This document shows positions 13,446 to 26,605 of a stretch of 64,000 nucleotides of DNA, piece by piece. Made by a program: the position numbers and the translations under genes. The first letter of the stretch is position 1. The number at the start of each line of letters is the position of its first letter. Source of the DNA: Eremomyces bilateralis CBS 781.70 (Eukaryota); the NCBI GenBank assembly GCA_010015585.1, contig ML975164.1; one strand, given 5' to 3'. Below the pieces are notes generated by a model. It saw only the letters and a list, made by a program, of their open reading frames with translations, did not search any database and had not been told where the DNA came from.

Positions 13446-16400
13446 TCAACGACTCTTCCTCCTGTCTCTCAACCCCCAATCCTGAGCCGCCAACTCCCTC
13501 GCCAGCCGCTCACTCTTCATCTCGTCCGTCTCCTCCTCAATTACCTCCTCTAACCTCTCCACCTTCACCCCAAAATCCGTCGCGGCCTGTCGAGCCATGC
13601 TCGCCACATTGGCTCGTGCCGCCAAGTCTCCAGAGAACGACACCGAGCGACGCTGGGATCCTCGCGCAGTCGTGGGGCTCGTGGCGGAAGGTCTCCGCTT
13701 CGACATGCCCGACTTCGCGCTGCCGTGAAGCTCGGGGCTCTTGCTTCTCGCCGCCGACGTCCCAGTTGACATGGATTTTCTGCGCGCTAGAGTCTGGTGC
13801 GGCGTCTCGAACTTGGGCGGTGCGAAGCGGTCGACTGGTTTGATGGCGCGCGACGAATGTCGTGATAACGACTGCGGGTCACTGACCTGTCGTGTGTCCG
13901 ATGCGCGCTGGTCCGGATGTACGGGAGCAGTTCCAGGCGAAGTGCTTGCTGCTCTCGCGGGCTCGGTTAGTGTAAATTGACCAATTTCTGCTTGGGTAGG
14001 AGTAGCCATCTGCAAAGCATCGTGCATAGGTCTGCCTTCGAGCTCGCCGTTTGCCAGCGCAGATAATGCTTCCAACGGCGAGTAGGCCGACTGACCATGG
14101 GAGCCATTTTCTGTTGCCAAGCCCAAGAACGGCGGCACTGAAGCGCCAACCTGGTCCCCTACCCCGAATGCGCCGTTAATCGCGTTCGGAGTCGAGTCAA
14201 ACATTGCGGTATCATCTTCAGGAGGAATCTTGATGTCATCTTCAAAGTGGAGACGTTTGGTTGGATGCTGATCGGTATCCTCGCTCGTCGGTGCAGATCT
14301 CTTCTTACCCCCACTAGAGCCTCGTGGGATGGACTTCTCATTGAGTTTCACGACATCGACATTCCCATTCTCATCATGTATGCAGCGCCGCTGTGGGAGT
14401 CAGTTATCTGGAAACCGAGTGAAGGGTGAAAAACGAAGATTCTTACCTTGCTGACTCGACAGGTTGCACACGCCCGATTTCTGCCTTTCTTAGAATCCGG
14501 GCTGGACCCCATTCCCGCATCGAGCTGAGGGCCGTTGCTTGGGCTGGAGCTTTCCTTTCGCACAATGGACGTTGTTGCAACGTCTCCCGTGGCAGATGAT
14601 GGCTGGCCACCGTTCGAAGGCACGACCATCGCAACCAATCGGTTGGTCACAGTGGCATTGTCTGATTGAAGCAGTTGTGAATCCTTCGTGCCCGGTGGCG
14701 TAGCGAGTTCATCCTTATGCTTGCACCTGATCCGGCGTTTTCGACACGCATCGCAAGCAATTCGTTTAGGCCCGAGAACTGAAGTTTTCGGCGATGCGAC
14801 ATGTTTCGACATGGCGTCTGGACTCTCTGGCACCGAGCCACTATTGCTTGCCATTGGTGGTTGCTCGGGGGCCGGCGTCGTTGCTCGTTCGACCCTTGGG
14901 CTTTCTGCTTTGGTCTTACTCTTTCGTCTCGCACCTTGTCGCTCCGGAATTGGTCTTGTTGCCATCCGCTCTAACCTCTTCAGTGCCGCATCACTGATCT
15001 TCTGTTGCCCAGTCTCCCCGTTGCTTGTGGCTTCGACACCAGGTAATGTCGAGTCTGGATGCGCCCAGTCTGGAATCGGCTCGTTGCCGCGTTTCCACGC
15101 AACCCACATAGCGAAGAGACGGATAGACTCTAGTGGATCTAGATCCAGGCGAGATTTCGGGATCGACCGACAGACCGCATTCCGCGTCTCTGCTTTGATG
15201 CCCTCGACGCGACCCAAAGAAATCATAACGGTTCGGAAAATATAACCAACAAGATCTGGGAGTCCGTCCAGCTCGGCTTTGGAATAGTATCGCGCGTTGT
15301 AATTCTCTGGGCCGTGGTCCGAATTGAGACCGAACTTGTTTGGCTCCTCGTAGGTCGGTGTAGCCCGAGGGAAGACTTGTTTGGATAGGAAAAGATCGCG
15401 GACGACCTCGGGTACAGGATCCGTTTCAAGATACTTCATGACTGCATACCAAAGCACCTTTTGGAAGAACGGGTATCGGAATCGCTGCGGTACCTTCGTT
15501 GCTTTCTCAATCTCCAAGATCTTGAGCTGCATGGAGTAGCTCAGGCGGGTGAGGAAGTTACCACCAATCACAAGGCTGTCTTCGGGCGTCCAAACAGAAT
15601 GTATCCAGCCGGAGGGAATGAACGCCGTGTCCCCAGGATATAGATCGACTCGATAGCATTCGCCGTTACAGGCATCGCCAAGCCACGTCCAATTTTGAGC
15701 CGGGGAGCTTGACCATTCCTCGTACTTCTTGAGATTCTGCTTGGTCGGCGGGATAAAGAAGAAAGTCTTGCGGCCCTTGATGATGTGGTAGAAGACGGAC
15801 GATCCACCAAAGTCTATGTGAAAATCCGTGTAGCAATCCGCAACGGACATGAGACAGTAAAACTGGACATTCGGCGACGGTTCTTCTTCAGGCCAGACTT
15901 CCTCTTGGAGATCCAACTCTCGTGCTGCTGTTGGTCGCTTCAAGAGACGCCCCAACTTGCTCATAGAGACCTCAAGACTGATGACATTGCGAATGGGCTT
16001 CTCGCCTTCGGCCTCGTAGTAGTCTGCCCAGCGGCTGAGGGTCCACACCTTGTCGGTTTCTTGCGACTTGACGTCGATAACGTCGAGCTTTTCGTGCTCT
16101 CCATAAAGTTGCGCCACTCGCCTTACGGTTAAACCTTCGGGGATCACCATGCCGATTTTGTCTTGTCCCTCGTCAAGGGCATAGTCGAATTCAAAATACT
16201 CGTCGAGCTCTTCGTTAGAGAATCCAGTTGGATTTTCTTCTGCAAGGGCAGGGGCGTCGGCTCCCTCCGTTGGTTCAGGCGACCGTCTGGTTCCGGGGAT
16301 AGTTGGACGTGGGTTCCAGGCTGCTGGGACGACGAAAGGTTCCTTCATGCCTCCGCATTTTTCGAAGTATTCGGCGGTCACCAACTCAGGGGGAATGCGC

Positions 16401-18190
16401 GCGAACTGGTCTGGACTGTAGTTCAGAGTACCTTCCTTGATCGGCTTAATATAATGGTGTTCATGTTCATTGTCCTCGGTGGGACGAAGAACGCCTTCAT
16501 TGAGACCAGCGTAGTCAACGGCAGCTTGAGCACGAGAGGATTTGCGGAGATCTAGACATGGTACGGTTAGCCCCGTATAAGCAACCTCGCTTGGTCCGGA
16601 CTTACATGTTGTAGGCCCTTTCTTTGGAGTGCAGTCAGTGCAGAAGAACTTATCCACTCTTCGCACCTCGCGTTCGTTTTTGAACCCGGCGCAAGCGATG
16701 TGAAACCATTGATTGCATCCATTGCATTCAAGCCATGATACAATTTCGCCGTTTGAGGTGCTTGGCTTGGCTTTGCAGCCAGCGCAAGTGGTAATATCTT
16801 GGTTCCGGTTCCGTCGCCTCTGCCTGCCATCTGCTTTCTGAGGACCGCTTTCGGAAGACGGAGTCACTTCAGGAGGTGCGGAAGCGAGTCGAGTATGGCT
16901 TGGTGCCTCGGAAGTTGCTCCAGGTTGGCTCGAGAGTCCGGAAATCGACTTCCGTCGAGTTCGTTCTTTATTTTCGAGTTCCCTTTTAGTTTCCATCATC
17001 TCAGCTCGGAGTTGGCCCGTACTGCGTGCCCTCGGTGCTGAGACTTGACGTGTGGTAGACCCAGGAGGTCTCCCGACTCTTGCCTTCGCTCCAGTTTTCG
17101 ATGTCCGCTTAGACGTGCCAGCTTTCGTCCGGGGCCCTCGAGGTTTTCCTTTGGGCCATCCTTGGTGTGATTTCTTTGGCGGAGGTGCGGCATGTGGAAT
17201 GTGTGCCTCCTGGTTATCGAGTCTGGGTGGTTCGGACTCGTCCGGCGGCGTGTGGGTCTGAATGATGGAAGAAGTCCGGTTGTTCAAGCTATATCCATTG
17301 CTGGGAACCGAGTTATAGGAATCTGGGGGTGTGAGGTCTTTGGCCGGGCGGTATTCACTAGCCTGGTGGCTCGTCGGATTCATGCTCTGGTCGAACTCCG
17401 GCCTCACCCAGTTAGTACGGGCGTACATCTCCAGGCGCTGGACTGCGGTTGGGTATTGACCTGAAGGGAAATGATTCCCCATTCCTGGGGGGCCTCCGCC
17501 ATTGAAGAGGTCGAGGAGGATGCTCCCAACAAGCAGATCGTCATTATCGTGGTTCTCCGCTTCGTTGCCGGCCGTCCGAGGATCCACAACTCCAGATAGC
17601 GCGGAAACTTTGGCGGAAGCCTCCGTGTTTTGCGACAGACCATAGGGTGGATTATAACTTGTCGCGGGCCGAGAGGATGATGACTGAGGCAAATCGCGCA
17701 ATGTGATTGCCTCCGACCTTGCTCGTTTCGACGGACGTTCGATGGCGCCGTTGCTGAATTCCTGGGGTAGCGGTCGGCGCTGAGTATTCTGCGCGTATGA
17801 GAAGTAACCGTTTGCGAATTGCGGCGACGATTGTCCATGCGATGCGCGTCGCGAATTGTTGTCGAAGGTAGGACTCGTCGCAAGGGCGACCGAGGCGAGG
17901 GTATCGATCGGGGACTCGGGGATTTGGGATTGCGGGCGGTGTGCATGCGTACGTTGGAAATTGGAATACCGGAGGCCTTTAGATTCGTTCTCTGATTCCG
18001 TTTCGTCGTCTTTCCGTTCGAATGACAAGTTCGGTATGGTGGGTACGGATTGAGGCACACCGGTGGCTATAAGGTTAAGGGTCGGCTTGAGAACCGGTGA
18101 TATAGGCTCTACATTCGCAGTAACCCGAGGAGAAGGCTTAGGGATGAGGCCCATTAACTGGTATTCTTTCTTGAAACTGTTGAGGGCCAT
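13446..18190 (-). CDS. JHD1: JmjC-domain histone demethylase (JHD1/KDM2-like) with a PHD finger
   Basis: PHD finger (CAGC..WLECNGCNQWFHIAC..FFCTDC) and JmjC domain with Fe ligands YTDFHIDFGG and GWIHSV. Introns 16552-16605 (in frame) and 14391-14446; the second joins ORF 14348-18190 to ORF 13446-14351 (CRVSK|RRCIHDENG). Confidence 0.93.
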
Positions 18191-18877
18191 GATGGTTGAT
18201 GACTAGAGGTGGGGTGAAGTTCTCGAGCTTCGGAGGTCGGACAAGCGGGCGCTAATGCTACCACGCCGTCAAAGTCATTTGGAAAGAAATAATATTGTCA
18301 GGCATGATATTGAAGGCTTTATGATCGACTGAGATCCGACCTGAGGCAAGAGAAGCGGTGGTTGAGTGAGCGTTCAATGGGATACTAGGCGGGGAGATGG
18401 ATTCACGATGATACTGCGCCGAGTTCAACAAATGAAGTTGAATCACATTCACGTGACTGCGGTTGATCAGCCCTGAAGTGTATGCCTTAGGCATTATTTC
18501 CAGTTCCTGCAGAATTCGAATTTGAAAATGGAATTTAGAGGGTCGATATACGCTGTATCGGCTTCAATTGCCTTACCGGTACGTATCATATATAGGAGAG
18601 AATATGGTTCATTCTGACAACAACTCCGGATGGACTCGAGGACAAAGCTCTGAGATATTGAAGTCAGAATGCGGAGACACAAGCCGAGAACACTGCGGAT
18701 GTATTCCAATGCTTAGGCCCAGATGTTTGGATCCAGTTGGACAGATTCTCGCCAGTGACAAACAAAACTGGCCTATGGAGACTGGGAATAACTGACAAGG
18801 ACAAGCAACTATTGGAAACTTCATCAAAATGTCATCAGTTCTTTGTTCAACATAAGTTGATGCCTCATGATAGCAAG

Positions 18878-18907
18878 CACGTGATATTATCGCCACGGCG
18901 CACGTGC
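18878..18907. promoter_or_regulatory. Paired CACGTG E-boxes in the JHD1/p14 divergent promoter
   Basis: CACGTGATATTATCGCCACGGCGCACGTGC; the first site reads ATCACGTG on the minus strand, matching a Cbf1/SREBP-type bHLH consensus. Confidence 0.4.
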
Positions 18908-19072
18908 CTCCTTGCCAAGTCACTCACTCTTCCCGTCTTCCCCTCGTTGTTCCGCCGTTCGCATCGCACCATCAATCGTTCCGACTCCCGGTCAAGGTAT
19001 CTTCATTTCCACTTCCTTCTTTCTTTTCAAATCCCTCGAAACCCAGTGTCACTACAAGCGCCTATCCAAGCT

Positions 19073-19633
19073 ATGAGTCGCGGTGGGAAGCTTGCCCCAG
19101 AAGTCAACCGGTATGTCTTGCAGCCCCAGCGCTGGTCGAATGCAACCATGTGTGGCATCAAAGGAGAATGTTTCGCTGACGGTTAGGGATCGCCTACAGT
19201 GCTCTATTCGTCAAGAACTTGAGGTATGTGCATATTCCGTTGGATATATCTCGGTATCGCTCCAGTGGCTGACTCTTGTGTCCAGCTACAACGTCACCCC
19301 GGAAGAGTTATTCGACCTCTTCGGCAAGTTCGGCCCTATCCGTCAGATCCGTCAGGGCATCGCGAACAACACAAAGGGCACCGTCTTCGTTGTCTATGAG
19401 GATGTGATGGACGCCAAAGGCGCATGTGAGAAGCTCAACGGCTTCAACTTCCAGAACCGGTATCTGGTTGGTATGTGTCTGCCCCTGCCTCCCCCCTCAT
19501 TTCTCGCCGGCAAATTCTCATTCCGTCCGCAGTACTCTATCATCAGCCCGAGAAAATGGCCCGATCAAAAGAAGACCTAGAGGACCGCAAGGCCAAATTA
19601 GAAGCGCTGAAACAGGAACATGGCATCGAATAG
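19073..19633 (+). CDS. SF3B6: Pre-mRNA branch site protein p14 (SF3b subunit 6, RRM)
   Basis: Spliced product [98 protein letters not shown]...HGIE*. Introns 19111-19199, 19225-19285 and about 19471-19533. Confidence 0.95.
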
Positions 19634-20701
19634 CATGAGGCGCGGCCCGTCGACCAGCCCGCGTCCGCGGGCCGCATACCAGAGAAGAAACGACACTGTT
19701 CGAGTTCGACAAGTTCGACGGCGTCAAGTTCCGGCTCCCGTCGTCATCATGGGAGTGCGAATCCGAAGCCTCCTTACCCCACCTCTGACACTCGCCGATC
19801 TTCTAATTCGAGTTCGGAGGGCGCAAAACATTCGAGCGAGCGGCAGAAGAACCAGAAGATGTTCTTTTCGCGCTTCAACTACCGAGCCATTACAAGCAAC
19901 AAGCTTGTGTCAAGGGCTGGATCGGTGCTAAAGAAGGCATCCGGAGGCCCTGCGCCTGTGGCTATTTAAAGGGGTTCGGAGTATGCATGCGGGAACCGCA
20001 TGTGGACTTGTGGAGTTCTGAATTACGGGTGGAACATGTTTACATTCATTATGGCGAATGGAATGGTTATGTGACACGCAGACGACGTGTCTTGATTTAT
20101 GTCAAACATTATCCGAGACTGCGCAAGGCGGTTTAAAGACGATAGCTGATGGGCTCAAGTCCCGATGAGATATTCTTCAACTCAACTTACATAACATTGA
20201 TGCTGTACTCAAATGAATACTGTACTCTCACCATATTAACACCAGGCCTCGAGTTTATTGAATGATCTGTAACGCTTCCCTCGTTGGAACTAGAAAGTTG
20301 CGCGTCCGAATACCCCTAATTTGTTTGTGGCCCGTGACTGATATCGCGAAATCACTAGAGTGGATGACGACGATATTGATCCCGCTGGGTTTTTGATTCC
20401 GAAATATATATACACGAGCAATGATTGCAAACACTTTTTGGTCCCCCTCGTCACTTCTCAACCCGAACTCTCGTACCAGAACGGAGTAAACGGCCGGTAA
20501 CCTTCAACAAGCTCAACGCCAGGAAGTTGTGATCGCCCATCGGAAACCACCTCGCCATAGGAAGTATACCTGAGCAGAGCAGAGAAAAACGGAAAATGGA
20601 AAATGGAGACCAGGGACCAGCAATTAATCACGAAGCTGATGCCTGCATATTTATGCGGCCGTTACCATCGTCGACGCCGGTCAGTCCTGACAATCAGCCG
20701 C

Positions 20702-22442
20702 TTAGTTGATCGAGATCATCTTGATGTCGAACACCAGAGTGGAGTTCGCCGGGATGCCAGGGATAGACTGTGATCCATAGGCCAAGTTGGCGGGGATCGT
20801 GATGCGACGCTCTCCTCCCACGTTCATTCCGACGATACCGATGTCCCAGCCCTTGATCACCTCGCCGGTGCCCAGTTTGAACATGAATGGTTTGCCGCTC
20901 TTGTTGGCATCGAAGACCTTGCCATTCTTGTCAAGCTTCCCGATGTAGCGCATGCCGACGCGATCGCCCTTCTTCGCGTGCGGACCGGTCCCGAGCTTCT
21001 TGTCGTCGATTTTGACGCCCTGGATGGTCTTGACGCCGAGGACGGGCTTTCCCTTCTCCGCCTTTGCATCAGCCTTGCCGTTCACGCCGTTGGCCTTGGC
21101 ATCGGCCTTGGTAGCCTTCTGGTTCGTCGGGCCTTGCTCGAGCTTCTCCGCGAACTGGACCTTCTTGTCGCTCTTCCCATTCGCCTGTTCCTTGACCGCG
21201 TCTTTCTTGTCGGCGGTGCTGGCGGCAGCGACGGCTTGGCCAGCGTTGTTCTTCAGCTTCTTCTGCTGCTTCTTGCTCAGCGGCTGCTCGGCGGCCTTGG
21301 CCTCCGGCTTGAGGGACTTGTTGATGATATCGTCGAGAGAAGCATTGATATCCTCATCCTCCTCGGCGGGGCGCTTCTTGCCTTTGCTCTTATCCTTGCC
21401 TTTGGCCTTGATCAGCTTCGGGGCCTCCTCTTCGTCCTCATCGACCTCGGTGACGCGCTGAGCCTGGAGGTTATCGAGTTCGTCGAATTCCGAGTCGTCT
21501 CCCGACTCGCCCTCGAAATCACCGTACATGTCCTCCTCGTCGGATTGTTCGGTCTCGCCAATGGCTTTGAGGATGGTGAGGAGCTCGCGATTAGGGCCGG
21601 TAGGCATGCCCTCTTCGTCTTCCTCCTCTTCCTCCTCCTCGGCGTCTTCCTCTGATAGGACATAGTTGCCGGTAAGATGGACGTTGAAGTTGCCTTTGAC
21701 TCTGAATGAAACTCCGTCAAAGTGGCTGATCTGGACGTCCAGCGGCTGTTGGCAATGCTAGTGGATGTTAGCAAATGAAAAATTCCTAGGGGTGTGACAG
21801 AAGAAACGAACCTGATTGGGGTCAAGAGTGCAGATCACAACTTCTTCAGCGAAGTCGTCATCCTCCATGTCATCGGACTCGTCGTCATCGGAAATGTCCA
21901 TATCGACGAGCTTGCCCTTGCCCTTATTGACCTTGGTGCCGTTAACCTCCGCAAGCAGGTCCTCGTCCATGGCATCTGCAAGCTCCGAGTCCGCCAAGAG
22001 AGCTTTCCTCAGCGCAGCCTTAGCCTTTGCCGGGTCGCTGGGGCCAGCGTTTGACTCTTCATCGTCATCTGACATATCCTCGTCCGAGTCCATGCCGAGA
22101 GGCAACCTTCCCATGATCCCCTCGATGTCGTCGGAGTCCAGGGACTCGCCATCCATATCAGGGCCCAGTTGTCGCCAGATCGGGTCCCGAACCATATAAA
22201 GAGTGGCGATTTGCTTCGCCGAATCGTTTTCTGGCTCATCGAATGGGTCAATCGCAGCCATGGTAAGACGGATCTGAGCATGGTTAGCACAATCTGATCA
22301 CCGTTTCTCGACATCCTGAAATCGAGGACCTAAAGCCGGAATTGGAACTCACCTTCATGGGCTTCTGGGTGGCGGGGATCTCACTGCCATCACACGGGAT
22401 GGTCAGGCCGAAGAGGGCTCGGGGAACGTGAATGGCGGACAT
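20702..22442 (-). CDS. FPR4: Nucleolar FKBP-type peptidyl-prolyl isomerase / histone chaperone (Fpr3/Fpr4-like)
   Basis: N-terminal nucleoplasmin-like domain ([24 protein letters not shown]), acidic and basic tracts, and a C-terminal FKBP domain ([29 protein letters not shown]). Introns 22274-22352 and 21758-21811. Confidence 0.93.
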
Positions 22443-22708
22443 TTTGGATATATGTGAGGTTGATGAAGAAATAGGAATGTGTGTAGAAGGCCGTTGACGG
22501 CTATTCACTAGATTATATCCTGTAAAGCAGAATCTGCAATGCTCGATACTTATCTTTAGTTGAAGAAGTGAGAGGAAGGGGTGGAAGAGGAGCGGAAGGA
22601 TTGAATTGAAGTAAATAATGTGGATAATTGCCTCCAAGGCCGTTGATAACAAAATTTCGGTGCTAAGATTTCAAAAGTGGGTACCACAGGGCGAAATGGC
22701 GGCGTGGT

Positions 22709-22741
22709 CATGTGATATCGCGTTGGCCCAGCCACACGTGC
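22709..22741. promoter_or_regulatory. E-box-like composite motif in the FPR4/REV1 divergent promoter
   Basis: CATGTGATATCGCGTTGGCCCAGCCACACGTGC, with the same layout as the motif at 18878-18907. Confidence 0.35.
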
Positions 22742-23003
22742 AACACCTAATGCAAGACAAAGGCGTGTCGTGATGTCGCCACCATATATCATGCAAGCTG
22801 TACCCGTCTAGATAGTGTTCACGAGTTATATATACCGGTTGGGTATCTTTTGTCGCCGAAACCAGATGATGGTTCCTTTCTAGACTTGACATGAAAAGGT
22901 GCCCCACATGGCAAGACGCGATAGCAGGATAACCATATGATGAACGACCACTCTGATATTTGGGTAATTTCGTCTCTGTGTGGACAGGATCATTGAGAGC
23001 AAG

Positions 23004-26000
23004 ATGGGATCGCGCCTGGAAGAGAATTCTGCACGCGTGCGGAAGCGCATCGAAAACCGTAAGGAATCTATATCCCCGAACCGTAATGATGGATGTCAGT
23101 CATAGCTCACAGGTTTTAGATACATTTGATGCTGAAGATGGGGATGAGTATGACGCCGCAGAATTCGGAGGGTTCGGAGACTATTTTCGGCGCAAGAAGA
23201 TTAAACTGCAAAACCTTGACGCGGAGCTGCGGTCACAATCCAACGACACGCCGCAAATCTTCCGCGGGGTTGTGGCCCACGTCAACGGGTACACACAACC
23301 GTCTCTAAATGACCTTCATAAATTGATTGTGGTCCATGGGGGCGGGTTCCTGCAGTACCTAGATGGGAAGACTACTGCGACTCATATCGTTGCAAGCAAT
23401 CTGACCCCCAAAAAAGCGGTTGAGTTCAAGAGGTACAGGATCGTCAAACCGGCTTGGATTGTCGAAAGTGTGAAAGCAGGCCGATTACTGCCATGGGACT
23501 CTTTTCGACTCTTGGATGAAGGAGCCGGGCAGCGGGTGCTGGGATTTGACAATGGCTCCGTTATCAGTCAGAGCAGTCGAACTCGTCGGAGTTATAAAGA
23601 GGAGTCGGGTACGAGTTGGTACGCCAGCCAGCTTCGGAAAACTACCGAGTCTCCTTTTCAGTTGTCCAAGCAAGACTCCACCTTAGATGTTGATGATCTG
23701 GAGGCAGAGGAGCTCGATCCGATCGTTGATTCCATGATAGAAGATATCAAGCAACCTCCATCAGGGGAGGACAACCACTTATCAGAAATCGATCAAGCTG
23801 ACCAAGTGTTTGCGGTTGCTTCAAAAGAGGCGCCTAAACTGCAGGCCAACGACACCATCCAGGAACAAATGCGCCCAGTGGCTGGTCCATCAGGAGACAA
23901 GAAAAAATTGACTGCAGAAGAGCATAATGCCATTTTGCTGGCTGACCCTCGAATACGAAAATCCACCGTTGTCAATCCAGGGTTCTTGGAGCAATATTAC
24001 CGGGAATCGAGATTACACCACCTCTCAACGTGGAAGGCAGAATTGAAGTCCCAGCTACAAGCCGCAGCACAGAAAGCTAGTCAGTCCCCAAAGCGTAAAC
24101 AGAAGTCAACAGCTGGATCTCGCCGATATATCCTTCATGTCGACTTTGACAGCTTCTTTGCCGCCGTCTCCCTGAAGAAGCACCCTCAATACAAAGATAA
24201 ACCGGCAGTTGTCGCTCACGGCCAAGGATCCAGTTCGGAAATCGCCAGTTGCAACTATCCTGCCCGCAAGTTCGGCATTAAGAATGGCATGTGGATGAAG
24301 CGGGCAATGGAGCTCTGCCCGAACTTACAGATCCTGCCCTACGACTTTCCTGGCTATGAAGAAGCGAGCAGGGCATTCTACGATGCCATCATTGTCACTG
24401 GAGGCGTTGTCCAGAGTGTTAGCATTGATGAGGCGCTACTTGACGTCACGGCCATGTGCGTGGAAGAATCAGGGAGTGACGGAAGGCATATGACTGCGGA
24501 GAGTATATATCGCGAGCAAGCCAAAGCCGACGATCTTGCACAGCAATTGAGGGACACGGTGAAGACGAGCACAGGTTGCGATGTATCCGTTGGAATCGGC
24601 GGCAATATCCTTCTGGCGAAGGTCGCTTTGCGCAAGGCCAAACCCGCCGGCCAATGCCAAATCCGACCGGAAGAAGTGCTGCGCATTCTTGGCGAGTTGG
24701 AAGTCCAAAGTCTCCCAGGGGTTGCTTGGAGCATCGGTGGGAAACTCGAAGATTTGGGCGCGAAATCTGTCAAAGACTTGAGGGATCTATCCAAAGAAAA
24801 ACTGGTTACTGCTCTAGGTCCTAAGACTGGCGAAAAGTTATACGAGTATGCCCGTGGAATTGACCGCTCCGAGGTCGGCGAAGTGGTTGTTCGCAAGTCG
24901 GTCTCTGCCGAAGTGAATTGGGGTGTCCGGTTCGAGAACCAGCAGCAGGTCGATGAATTCATCGAGAACCTGTGCGGTGAATTGCACAAGCGGCTGCTAA
25001 AGGAACAGGTTAAAGGTCGCCAGCTGACTTTGAAAATCATGAAACGCTCAGCCAACGCGCCACTCGATCCTCCGAAACATCTCGGCCATGGAAAGTGTGA
25101 TACATCCAACAAGAGCGTGGCCCTAGGGGTCACTACAAATTCACCTGATATCCTGACTGGGGAGGTACTATCAATGTTAAAGAGCATGGGATTCCCCCCT
25201 GGTGAACTACGGGGCATAGGTGTGCAAATGACGAAGCTTGAGCCATTGAAACCCCCGGGACCTTCTGGTCAAGATGCTAGCAGCCAGAAGCGCCTTCAAT
25301 TCAAGCCTCTGACTTCTCATCCAGCGAAGACTGCGGCGTCCAACGATCCCATTCAGGACGATCCGATTACCCCCAGAAAGCCGCGATATGAGGAGGACTT
25401 CGCCACGCCAACGAAACAGAGCGCAGAGGACAAGGAAATCAAATCTGCTGCCCGCCTTTTCACATCCGGCAGTCCAAGCAAGAAGCGTCTCAATACGGCG
25501 GGAACCCAGTTCATCATGCCTACCCAAGTGGATCCTGAAGTATTGGCTGAATTGCCGGAGGATATTCGGTCAAAGCTCACGAAGACAAAAGAAGCTGACT
25601 ACGCTCCTGCTGCTCATCCTGACAGCACCGATCGCCCAAAACCTGTGACACAGTCAGCTTTATACGGCCTCCCAAACCAATCGCAATTGGATATGGACAC
25701 CGTCAATGCTCTTCCAGAGGATCTGAGAGAAGAGATATTAAGGCAATACGAACAACAGCGAGAAAGGACCAAGTCTCCATTGCAAATCTCAGCGGCAAAG
25801 AATATAAAGCAACCGGCTCCAAAGAAGAGGGGCAGGCCGCCGAAAGGAACGACGTCCTCGAAGACCGGGCTCTTGCAAACCAACTTTGTCACTTCCCGTT
25901 CGATTAAAGATGCGCTGCGTGGAGTCAGCTCCCCTGAACCGGAGACAGCCCGTGAAGTGGCCACGGAAAATGATCCCGACATTCCCGAAATCTCTCAAGA

Positions 26001-26502
26001 GTTCCTCGCAGCCTTACCCGAAGATGTGCGGCGAGAAGTGCTCGAGGAGCACCGACGCCTCCGTCTTCAGAAGCGGTCTTTGAACATCGGTAATGGTCGA
26101 AGAAACAAACCCAGGCCAGATCCAGTGCAAACTCCCAGTGCTGCGGGCAGAGACAATAACCCATCAAGGACGGTTTTTCTCCCTGCGAAACCAGCAAAGC
26201 CCAAATTCACCGCCCAGAAACTGAGTGCGCTGCCTGATTTACGAGATGCAATGAAAGCATGGTCGGTGGAATTCAAAGAGGAAGGCCCGTACTTGGAAGA
26301 TGTCGATGCCCTTGGGGCTTACTTGGTCAAGGTGATTGAGGATGAAAGAAACATGGACAAGGCTGCCAGCGTCGTGAAGTGGTTGGCTTGGGTCCTTGGG
26401 GATAAAGCTAATGAGGAATGGGGAAAGGCCCTGGACCGGTTACGAGAAACAGTTCAAGACGCGGTGAAAAGGAGGAGATTAGGTACTATTGACTTGGAGT
26501 GA
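23004..26502 (+). CDS. REV1: DNA repair protein REV1 (Y-family deoxycytidyl transferase)
   Basis: ATG at 23004 (MGSRLEENSARVRKRIEN), intron 23059-23119. BRCT domain (VNGYTQP..IVKPAWI), catalytic motifs HVDFDSFF and SIDEA, three UBM-like LPED(I/L/V)R repeats and a C-terminal polymerase-binding domain. Confidence 0.96.
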
Positions 26503-26605
26503 CGGCCCTTACGCACGGTGTTAGATGGTTACGATACCCACAGGAAATGAGTTTGCAATGAGTTCTACATATAATCATGTCTTCATGACGGCGTTAAACA
26601 CGTAT

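Noticed and set aside
22960..23119. ORF-track N-terminus of REV1 (MGNFVSV...)
   Set aside because: It starts at TTG and reads through intron 23059-23119; ATG 23004 gives a canonical spliced start.
26500..26550. REV1 stop TGA-CGG as a readthrough signal
   Set aside because: The extension is short (16 codons), has no targeting motif, and is not the fungal TGA-CTA consensus.
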